A DNA stretch of 64,000 nt, from assembly GCA_965242855.1 (NCBI GenBank), contig OZ251509.1:2753533-2817532 (forward strand), given 5' to 3'. Numbering within the stretch: the first letter of the stretch is position 1; the number at the start of each line of letters is the position of its first letter. The notes under the pieces are model-generated. The model was not told the origin of the DNA, ran no database searches, and saw only the letters and a list, made by a program, of their open reading frames with translations. Positions 56,459 to 64,000 of the stretch are shown one piece after another. The DNA comes from Alphaproteobacteria bacterium. Its GTDB lineage: Bacteria > Pseudomonadota > Alphaproteobacteria > UBA828. Position numbers and translations under genes: made by a program.

Positions 56459-57900
56459 GCCACGCGCTCCCGCGCGCGCGTGTCCCGCGCGTGCGTGTCC
56501 TGCGCCTGTCCGCCGGCGTGTGCGCGGACGAAGCGCTTCAGCCGCGCGAGGTCGTTCGGCAACTCCGCCAGACGCTCGGGCCGACGCATGAGGTCGCCCA
56601 GCCGGGGCGGCGGGGCCGGGCGGACGCCGGTCGCCCGTTCGACGGCCTCCGGGAACTTCGCCGGATGCGCCGTGGCGAGGCAGACCAATGGCCCCGACGG
56701 CGCGCCGCAGGCGTCGGCCGCGTGAATCCCGGCGGCCGTGTGCGGGTCGACCGCGCGCCCGCAGGCGCGCCACACCCCGGCGATGGCGTCGAGGCACTGC
56801 CGGTCGTCCGCGCACGCGCCGGCGAAGACGGACCGCGCCTCCGCCAAGCGCTCCGGGGCCACCGCGCATGCGCCGTCCGCCGCGAGGCGCGCCATGAGGG
56901 CGGCGACGGCGGGACCGTCCCGCCCATGGAGGTCGGCGAGGAGGCGCTCGAAGTTGCTGGCGACCTGGATGTCCATGCTCGGGCTCAGGGTGCGCCGCAC
57001 GGGGCCCTTGGCGTAGACCCCGGTTTCGAGGAAACGGGCCAGGATGTCGTTGTCGTTGGTCGCGACCACGAGCCGCTCGATCGGCAGGCCCATCCGGCGC
57101 GCGGCGTAGCCGGCGTAGGCGTTGCCGAAATTGCCGGTGGGGACGACGAAGGAGAGCGCGCGTTCCGGCGCGCCGAGGGCGAGCGCGGCATAGACGTAGT
57201 AGGCCGCCTGCGCCGCGATGCGCGCCCAGTTGATCGAGTTGACGGCCGCCAGCCCCGTTTCCGCGCGGAAGGCGCGGTCGTCGAACGCCGCCTTCACCAG
57301 CGCCTGGCAGTCGTCGAAGGTGCCGGCGACGGCGGCGTTGTGCACGTTGGGCGCGCCCGTCGTCGTCATCTGGCGGCGCTGGACCTCGGAGACGCGGCCC
57401 GCCGGGTGGAGGATCACCACGGAGACGCGGTCCAGGCCGCGGAACGCCTCGATGGCCGCGGAGCCGGTGTCGCCCGAGGTCGCGGCGAGGATGGTGGCGG
57501 TACGCCCGCGCGCAGCCAGCGCCGCGCCTGTCATGCGCGCCAGCATCTGGAGCGCGAAGTCCTTGAACGCCAGCGTCGGGCCGTGGAAGAGCTCGAGCAG
57601 CCAGCGGTCGGGGGCCAGATGGACGAGCGGCGCGGTGGCGGGATGGTCGAAGCCGGCGTAGCTCTCGGCGGCCATCGCCAGGAGCTCTTCGCGGGAGAAG
57701 GCGTCCCCCGCGAAGAGCGCCGTCACCGCGGCGGCGATTTCGGGATAGGGGCGGCCGCGCAGGGCGTCGAGGGCGGCGGCGGCGAGCCGGGGCCAGCGCT
57801 CGGGCAGGTAGAGGCCGCCGTCGGGGGCGAGGCCGGCGAGCAGCGCCTGCTCGAACGAGACCGCCCCGCCGTCCGTCCGGCGCGTGCTGACGTAACGCAA
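56455..57900 (-). CDS. thrC: Threonine synthase
   Basis: RYVSTR, GLAPDGGLY, ELFHGPTLAFKD, ATSGDTG, NSINWAR, VPTGNFGN, TAHPAKF. Confidence 0.97.
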   Translation of the reverse strand: MRYVSTRRTDGGAVSFEQALLAGLAPDGGLYLPERWPRLAAAALDALRGRPYPEIAAAVTALFAGDAFSREELLAMAAESYAGFDHPATAPLVHLAPDRWLLELFHGPTLAFKDFALQMLARMTGAALAARGRTATILAATSGDTGSAAIEAFRGLDRVSVVILHPAGRVSEVQRRQMTTTGAPNVHNAAVAGTFDDCQALVKAAFDDRAFRAETGLAAVNSINWARIAAQAAYYVYAALALGAPERALSFVVPTGNFGNAYAGYAARRMGLPIERLVVATNDNDILARFLETGVYAKGPVRRTLSPSMDIQVASNFERLLADLHGRDGPAVAALMARLAADGACAVAPERLAEARSVFAGACADDRQCLDAIAGVWRACGRAVDPHTAAGIHAADACGAPSGPLVCLATAHPAKFPEAVERATGVRPAPPPRLGDLMRRPERLAELPNDLARLKRFVRAHAGGQAQDTHARDTRARERVA

Positions 57901-58018
57901 GCCCCGCCTCTCCCGCTCCCGCGTCCGCCCGCCAGCCTACACGCCGCCCCCTCCGCCCGGCAAGGAAGCGGCGCCGCCGGAGCGTCGTCGCCGCGGGGCT
58001 GGACGGCGCGCCGGCCGT

Positions 58019-60064
58019 TCAGGCCTCGGTGATGCGGAGGAAGCCGAAGGAATCGACGCGGAGCTTCTGGCCGGGATGGACGAGGGTCGTCGACGTGGCC
58101 TCCTCCACGATCAGCGGCCCTTCCAGGGCGGCCTCCGGCGGCAGGAGGGCGCGGTCGTAAACGGCGGCCTCGCGGCGGCCGTCCTCGGCGAAATCCACCA
58201 TGCGCGGCGGCCTGCGGGCGGCCTCCAGCGACCGCCCGCGGGCCGCGAGCGGCTTCAGCTCCGGGCGCGGGACCTTGGCGGTGGCGGCCAGCCTGTAGGT
58301 CACGAATTCGACGGGCGTGTCGTCGAGGCGGAAGGTGTAGGTCTTCTCGTGCGCGTCGTGGAAGGCGGCGAGGATGCCTTCGACGGATGCCGCCTCGATG
58401 TCCACCGGCACGGTGACCGGGTGTTCCTGGCCGAGATAGCGCAGGTCGATGCGCCCGTCGAAGACGATCTCCGCCTCCGCCATGTGGGCGTCGGTGCGGA
58501 AGTACTCCTCCGCCTCCCGCCGGAGGCCGGCGAACAGGCGCCGCACGTCGGCCGCCGTCACCTCCTCGCCGCGGCGCAGGTCGGTCTGCATGAAGTCGCG
58601 CCGGGGCAGGGTGGCCAGCATCCCCCAGGCGGAGAAGAGCCCGGGGTAGAGCGGCACGATGATCTCCTTGACTCCGAGCTCGCGGCCCAGCGGCGCCCCG
58701 TGCATGGGGCCGCCGCCGCCGCCCACCACCAGCGCGAAGTCGCGCGGGTCGTGGCCGCGCTGGATGGAGACCAGCTTGAGCGCGTTGATCATGTTGGCTT
58801 CCACCGTGCGGATCACCGCCGCCGCCGCCGCCGTCGCGTCGAGGCCGAGGCCGCGGGCGACCTTCTCCATCGCGAACCGCGCCGCGCCCTCGTCCAAGTC
58901 GAACTGCCCGCCGGCGAAATTGGTGGGGTTGATGACGCCGGTGATGAGCTTGGCGTCGGTCACCGTGGGTTCACCGCCGCCGCGACCGTAGCAGGCGGGG
59001 CCCGGGTCGGCGCCGGCCGAGACCGGCCCCACCTTCAGCAGCCCCGCCTTGTCGAACCAGGCGACGGAGCCGCCGCCGGCGCCGATCTCCACGATGTCCA
59101 CGACGGGGACCCGCAGCGGATAGCCGAAGCGGGCGCGGCTGTATTCGAGCCGGTATTCCGTCGTCACCTTGGGCGCGCCGTCCTCGATGGTGGTGCATTT
59201 CGCCGTGGTGCCGCCGATGTCGAGATAGATCACCCGCGATTCGCCGCACAGCCCGCCCACGATGGCGGCGCCGTTGCAGCCCGCCGCCGGCCCCGATTCC
59301 ATCAGCGTGATCGGGTGTTCCTTGGCCCAGGCGAAGCTGGTGGTGCCGCCGTTCGACTGCATCGCCGCGTAGGGGCAGCGGACGCCGGCGCCGGCGAGGG
59401 CCTCCTCCAGCCGGCCGAAGTAGCTCTGGACGATAGGCTGCACGTAGGCGTTGAGGACGGCCGTGTTGGCGCGCTCGTATTCGCGCCATTCGCGGGTGAT
59501 CTCGTGCGACGCGGTGACGGCGACGCCGGGCAGCCGCGCGCGCAGCCAGGCCGCCGTCTCGGCCTCGTGCCGGGGGGCGACGTAGCTGTGGAGATACTGG
59601 ATCGCGACCGCCTCGACTCCTTCCTCGCGGCAGCGCCCGACGATGCGGTCGAGGTCTTTCGTCTCCAGCGGCACCAGGACCTTGCCCGTCGAATCCACGC
59701 GCTCGCGGACCTCGAAGCGCAGCAGGCGCGGCACGAAGGGGCGCTCCTTCTCGAAGCGCAGGTTGTAGAGATCGGGCCGGTTGCCGCGCTGGATCTCGAG
59801 CACGTCGCGGAAGCCGGCGGTGGTGACCAGGGCCGTCCGCGCGCCCTTCCGCTCGGTGATGGCGTTGATCACGGTGGTCCCGCCGTGGACGAAGAAATCG
59901 ACCTCGGGCGGCGCGAGGCGGGAGAGGGCGATGGTGTCGAGGACGCCCTGCGTCAGGTCGCCCGGCGTGGTGAGGGATTTGGCGGTGTCGAGCGTGCCGC
60001 GGGCGGCGTCGAAATAGACGAGATCGGTGAAGGTCCCGCCGATGTCGGAGGCCAGCCGGCCCAT
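58019..60064 (-). CDS. Hydantoinase/oxoprolinase subunit A (ATP-binding)
   Basis: DIGGTFTD, HGGTT..NA, ESGPA, DIGGTT, EIGAGGGS, SAGADPGPACY. Confidence 0.93.
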   Translation of the reverse strand: MGRLASDIGGTFTDLVYFDAARGTLDTAKSLTTPGDLTQGVLDTIALSRLAPPEVDFFVHGGTTVINAITERKGARTALVTTAGFRDVLEIQRGNRPDLYNLRFEKERPFVPRLLRFEVRERVDSTGKVLVPLETKDLDRIVGRCREEGVEAVAIQYLHSYVAPRHEAETAAWLRARLPGVAVTASHEITREWREYERANTAVLNAYVQPIVQSYFGRLEEALAGAGVRCPYAAMQSNGGTTSFAWAKEHPITLMESGPAAGCNGAAIVGGLCGESRVIYLDIGGTTAKCTTIEDGAPKVTTEYRLEYSRARFGYPLRVPVVDIVEIGAGGGSVAWFDKAGLLKVGPVSAGADPGPACYGRGGGEPTVTDAKLITGVINPTNFAGGQFDLDEGAARFAMEKVARGLGLDATAAAAAVIRTVEANMINALKLVSIQRGHDPRDFALVVGGGGGPMHGAPLGRELGVKEIIVPLYPGLFSAWGMLATLPRRDFMQTDLRRGEEVTAADVRRLFAGLRREAEEYFRTDAHMAEAEIVFDGRIDLRYLGQEHPVTVPVDIEAASVEGILAAFHDAHEKTYTFRLDDTPVEFVTYRLAATAKVPRPELKPLAARGRSLEAARRPPRMVDFAEDGRREAAVYDRALLPPEAALEGPLIVEEATSTTLVHPGQKLRVDSFGFLRITEA

Positions 60065-60083
60065 GACGGAGCGCCGCCCGCGT

Positions 60084-61841
60084 TCAGGCGGGCGCGGCGG
60101 TGCGCAGCTTCGCCGTCGCCGCCGCGTCGACCGCGCGGCCGTCGGCGGCGACCACGACGCCGTAATCCTCGCGCGCCTGCGCGGCCGTGATGTAGTCCGC
60201 CCGCACCTCCGCCAGCACCTCCTCGGGCGGCCGCTCGAAGGGGTCGCCGAAGCCGCCGCCGCCGCCGGTGAACATGCGGATCACGTCGCCCCGCTTCATC
60301 ACCGTGGTCGGCGCCCGCGCGGCGCGGCGCGCGTCGTTGCCGACGTGGAGGTCGAAGTAGTTGCAGGAACCTTCCCCGCCGCCCTCGCGCGCCCAGGGCT
60401 TCTCGATCGAGCGGCCGTAGCTGGCCGAGAGCACGGCGTCGTCGGCCAGGATCTCGTATTCACGGATCGAGCCGTAGCCGCCCCGGTAGCGTCCAGCGCC
60501 GACCCCGCCCGGCGTGTTGAGGGCGTAGCGGTTCACCCGCACGGGGAATTTCGCCTCCAGCAGCTCGATGGAGTAGTTGAAGGTATCGCCGTTGGTGATG
60601 GCGCTGGTGACGCAGTTCCCGTCGCGCTCGTCGGTGGCGCCCCAGCCCACCATGCTGGGCTCGATCATCACCCAGGGCTCGCCCTTGGCGCGGTCGTGGC
60701 CGCCCAGCACCGTGACGCAGAGGCTGTTGGCGCTGCCCATGCTGACCCGCCGGGGCGCCACCGGCGCCAGCGCCTTCCAGGCCAGTTCCGAGGCCTGGCC
60801 CGTGCCCTCGTAGTACCAGCCGACCGGCGCCGGCTTGGTGGCGGTGAACACCGTGCCGTCGGGCGCCGCCACCTTCAGCGGCCGGAACCAGCCCTCGTTG
60901 GAAGGCGACGCGGGATCGACGATCGCCTTGAAGACCGTCTTCACCGCCGAGACCAGGGCCGAGCGCGAGCAGTTGACGGGGCCCTGCAACTGCTCGCAGG
61001 AGCCGGAATAGTCGACGGTGATGGAATCGCCCTCGATGCGCACGGCGACGCGAGTGGGGAAGCGCTCGTTCGTGATGCCGTCGCCGTCCACCCAGTCCCG
61101 GGCCTCGTAGGTGCCGTCGGGCAGCGCGGCGACCGCCTCGCGGCTCACGCGCTCGCTGGATTCGAGGATGTGGCGGAAGGTCTCCCGCACCGCCAGCGTG
61201 CCGTATTTCTCGCAGAGCTCGAGGCAGCGCTTCTCGGCGATGCGCACCGAGGCGAGCGCGGCGTTGAGATCGCCCAGCGCCATTTTCGGCAAGCGCACGT
61301 TGGCGGCGATCATCTCGAACACCGCGTCCTGGCGCTCGCCCTCCCTGTAGACGTGGATGCCGGGGAAGCAGATGCCCTCCTGGAAGACCTCGGTCGCGTC
61401 GGCCGGCAGCGAGCCGGGGGCCTTGCCGCCCACGTCCGTCCAGTGCGAGATGGAGATGGCGAAGGCGAAGAGTTCGCCATCGACGAACACCGGCTTGATC
61501 ACGCCCACGTCGTTGTAGTGGGTGCCGCCCCGGTAGGGGTCGTTGAGCATGTAGATGTCGCCGGGCCGGATGCGGTCGCCGAACTTCTCCCGGATGACGT
61601 TGACCTGGATGGAGAAGGTTCCGGTGAAGACCGTGATCCCGTTGGTCTGGGAGACGAGCTCGCCCTCTGCGTCGCAGAAGCCGCAGGCGAAATCCAGCAC
61701 CTCGTAGATGACGGGGCTCATGCTGCTGCGCGCCAGCACCACCCCCATCTCGTCGGCCACCGCCAGCAACTTGCCGCGCACGATCTCGCGGGTCACCACG
61801 TCCGTCCGGAAGCTCCCGCCGCCGTTCGCCTTGCTCGCCAT
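60084..61841 (-). CDS. Hydantoinase B/oxoprolinase family protein
   Basis: SPVIYEVLDF, NDPYRGGTHYND, HWTDVGG, GAGRYRGG, TGGGGGFGDP. Confidence 0.93.
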   Translation of the reverse strand: MASKANGGGSFRTDVVTREIVRGKLLAVADEMGVVLARSSMSPVIYEVLDFACGFCDAEGELVSQTNGITVFTGTFSIQVNVIREKFGDRIRPGDIYMLNDPYRGGTHYNDVGVIKPVFVDGELFAFAISISHWTDVGGKAPGSLPADATEVFQEGICFPGIHVYREGERQDAVFEMIAANVRLPKMALGDLNAALASVRIAEKRCLELCEKYGTLAVRETFRHILESSERVSREAVAALPDGTYEARDWVDGDGITNERFPTRVAVRIEGDSITVDYSGSCEQLQGPVNCSRSALVSAVKTVFKAIVDPASPSNEGWFRPLKVAAPDGTVFTATKPAPVGWYYEGTGQASELAWKALAPVAPRRVSMGSANSLCVTVLGGHDRAKGEPWVMIEPSMVGWGATDERDGNCVTSAITNGDTFNYSIELLEAKFPVRVNRYALNTPGGVGAGRYRGGYGSIREYEILADDAVLSASYGRSIEKPWAREGGGEGSCNYFDLHVGNDARRAARAPTTVMKRGDVIRMFTGGGGGFGDPFERPPEEVLAEVRADYITAAQAREDYGVVVAADGRAVDAAATAKLRTAAPA

Positions 61842-61866
61842 CGCCTGCCTCCCCGCAACGCCCCGC

Positions 61867-61895
61867 CGCAGTGTCTCACCGCGCAGTGTCTCACC
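61867..61895. repeat. Perfect 14-bp direct repeat CGCAGTGTCTCACC x2
   Basis: 61867-61880 and 61882-61895, in the 69-bp gap between hydantoinase B and the lower-GC gene pair. Confidence 0.85.
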
Positions 61896-61910
61896 CGGCC
61901 GCGCGGGCGG

Positions 61911-62897
61911 TCAATGCGCTCCCCGCGCCCGCTCCACGTAGGACTCGATCCAGTCCCTCGCCGCTTCCAGCCGGTCGAACGCCTCGATCGAGACTCCGCT
62001 CCGGGCGCGGGCCTCGGCCTCCCGCACGCGGAGCGGAACGCGAAGCCGGTGCAGGACGTTGCCGAGAACCAATACGTCGTCGCGGAATTTTTCGTCCGGA
62101 CGCGCGAAGGGGATGACGTGGTAGGGAACCATCATGGTCACGGGCTGACGCTTGAACCACCGGGAAAGAAACACGCGGTCGACATGGGACTTGATCGACT
62201 TGTTCTTCCAGTCCTTACCCGTCGCCACTTGCGCCGCGGCCAGGAGGAATCCGGGAAGTCCGTCCTCTGGCTCTCGCCACGCGAAAACGTCCACCTGATC
62301 GTCCTTGGGCGCGGCCGGTGCTGATGGATCGGCCTCGACGCTCCCGTCTTTCAACACGGCCCAGATTTCGGAGAGCTTCCTGATGAATCCGCTCCCGTCC
62401 GGCCGCGGAAAATCGAAGGACCAAGCCTGCCCGCCGATCTCCGCCGCGAGCGCCGCTGTCGCGAAATACTGGAACCATTGGCGGAGCGCGTGCACCTCGT
62501 CGCCCGACGGATGTATTTCGGAACCGCCGAGCAAAGGTGAGATGGCGCTGAGATTGGACAACAGAAGCGAGAGCAGATAAGCGGTTTGACCGAGGTCCGG
62601 GTTTTCGGTGATGAAGGAGATCACGTTTCCCCCATCGTCGAGTTCGAAGGGATAAGTCGCCGCGAGCACACGCCTCCGGGACGCCATACGTGCAACAGCG
62701 CCATCTGCGATTTCCTCTCGATTTCTCATTTCGGCATCGACGTCCGAGAATTGCCGGTCAGCCGCAAGGTCCAGCGTATCGACAATATCCTGGCTGAACG
62801 ATTGCCTCTCTTCGGAGAAGATCGCCTTCAATTCGAGATAGTCGGCGGCAAGGTCCGCATCCAGTTCATCAGTCGGAAGGTAGAGGGTGGTGCTCAT
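61911..62897 (-). CDS. Hypothetical protein with a putative PD-(D/E)xK-like restriction-endonuclease fold
   Basis: ATG 62897 overlaps the upstream stop (ATGA); KDDQVDVFAW...AAAQVATGKDW resembles a D...QxA/K active-site variant; acidic helical N-terminus (AADYLEL, YPF). Confidence 0.6.
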   Translation of the reverse strand: MSTTLYLPTDELDADLAADYLELKAIFSEERQSFSQDIVDTLDLAADRQFSDVDAEMRNREEIADGAVARMASRRRVLAATYPFELDDGGNVISFITENPDLGQTAYLLSLLLSNLSAISPLLGGSEIHPSGDEVHALRQWFQYFATAALAAEIGGQAWSFDFPRPDGSGFIRKLSEIWAVLKDGSVEADPSAPAAPKDDQVDVFAWREPEDGLPGFLLAAAQVATGKDWKNKSIKSHVDRVFLSRWFKRQPVTMMVPYHVIPFARPDEKFRDDVLVLGNVLHRLRVPLRVREAEARARSGVSIEAFDRLEAARDWIESYVERARGAH

Positions 62898-63997
62898 TCG
62901 TCGCCTGTGGCGGCCTCTCGCACCTTCTTCTTCATCCGGTCGCAGATCGCCTGCGCCGTTTCGGAAATGTCCTCGGCGATGTCGACAAGCGACTCTTCCA
63001 GCCCATCGAACCCACGCAGACTGTGGGACACCTCGCGAATCTTCTTCCGTGCTTCGAGCAAGGCCTCGGAAAACCTGCGATCGGCCGGTTGCGTGCTCTC
63101 GTAGGCCTCGGAGAGCGAGGCGGTCGCGCGCAAGACTGCCAGCCCCTCGGCGCTGGCCAGGACGTCTCCCAGGCGCTTGATGTCCGGATTTTGTGATTGG
63201 ACCGCCGGGGCGACGTCCTCTCCCTTCGATCCATACATCCACCTCAAGACCTCGGACAGGTGGTTCAGTCGATCGTCGGGAACGGGGGCGGGATTCGGAT
63301 CGTAGCGTGACCATGCGGGGTCCAGGCCGAGGAATTGCATGTAGGGTGCGCGAGACAGCGCCGTATAGAGATGGGAGAAGCTGAAGCGCGGGTTCATGCG
63401 GTCGTCGATGCGAAAAATTTTCGCTTCTTGCGCCTGTTCGAGCACGTAGATCGCGTTGACCATGCGCTTGACCGTATCGTGCCTGTCGCCGATCTGGCTG
63501 GCGATATCCGCGAGCGGAACTCCGCCGCCGCGGTACCAGTCGGCGGCGAATTTGGCCTTCGCGTAAGAATCCCATTTCGCCGCGCCGTTTATGTGCTTGA
63601 AACCGATGAAGGAGCGCGCGTCCTCACGGCTGTTCACGCGGTAAACCGAAACGCGGTCGAGCGTGCGTCGGTGGCGCTCCGAAATGCCGGGCAGCGTGAT
63701 CCGCGCCCGGCCGGCGATTCGATCCACCAGGCCCACTTCCCGAAACAGCCGGATCGCCGCCAGCCGGCGGTTGCCCTCGAGCACGGTGAGGCTTTCGCCT
63801 TCCGTCAGGACGATGAGAGGCTCGATGTCCAGATAGCCGTTGGCTGCGATCGACTGGAGCAGCTCGCCGAGGTCTTCCGAGCGATAGAGTTCCGCGATGA
63901 TGTCTTCGTCCGTAGCGCTGCCGCCCGCGCCTGCCAGACGCGGGTTCTGACGATCCAGGACGAGCCGTTCCACCGGCACGGAGGAGACGGCCGCCAA
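62894..63997 (-). CDS. ParB/Srx-like N-terminal domain protein with a downstream HTH-like region (5' end may lie outside the window)
   Basis: LDRQNPRL, LLQSIAANGY, EPLIV, VLEGNRRLAAIRL, then LADIASQIGDRHDTVKRM; the frame is still open at the window edge. Confidence 0.8.
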   Translation of the reverse strand: MAAVSSVPVERLVLDRQNPRLAGAGGSATDEDIIAELYRSEDLGELLQSIAANGYLDIEPLIVLTEGESLTVLEGNRRLAAIRLFREVGLVDRIAGRARITLPGISERHRRTLDRVSVYRVNSREDARSFIGFKHINGAAKWDSYAKAKFAADWYRGGGVPLADIASQIGDRHDTVKRMVNAIYVLEQAQEAKIFRIDDRMNPRFSFSHLYTALSRAPYMQFLGLDPAWSRYDPNPAPVPDDRLNHLSEVLRWMYGSKGEDVAPAVQSQNPDIKRLGDVLASAEGLAVLRATASLSEAYESTQPADRRFSEALLEARKKIREVSHSLRGFDGLEESLVDIAEDISETAQAICDRMKKKVREAATGDE

Positions 63998-64000
63998 GGG

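Noticed and set aside
61911-63575. 554-aa version of the nuclease-like ORF
   Set aside because: The N-terminal 226 codons overlap the ParB-like gene out of frame; ATGA coupling supports a start at 62897.

Overview
High-GC (roughly 70%+ by eye) alphaproteobacterial chromosome segment, probably Rhodospirillales-like judging from the gltD-gltB order and the hisB-hisH-GNAT-hisA-hisF-hisE-HIT operon. It is mostly housekeeping: rpsM (partial), dusA, metF-metH, folK, a Liv-type ABC transporter, purEK, miaA, ilvBNC, uppP, gltDB, ctpA, rppH, rph-rdgB-hemW, lpoA/rsmI-yraN-BON-gshB-comM, his genes, znuA, thrC and hydantoinase A/B. Small accessory inserts are: a low-GC single-chain BcgI-like restriction-modification gene (7069-9441); a small acidic protein plus HEPN pair (22171-22961); and, at the right edge, a coupled ParB-like protein plus atypical PD-(D/E)xK-like nuclease pair (61911-63997), which is the best candidate for an undescribed defence system. 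Non-coding and structural signals read from the DNA include a SAM-II riboswitch followed by a terminator-like hairpin before metF, a Zur box before znuA, a dispersed REP-like palindrome family, several short tandem duplications, a decayed sugar-ABC permease remnant and a porin gene with no signal peptide. No rRNA, tRNA, CRISPR array, integrase or transposase was recognised. All calls come from motif recognition only; no searches were run.
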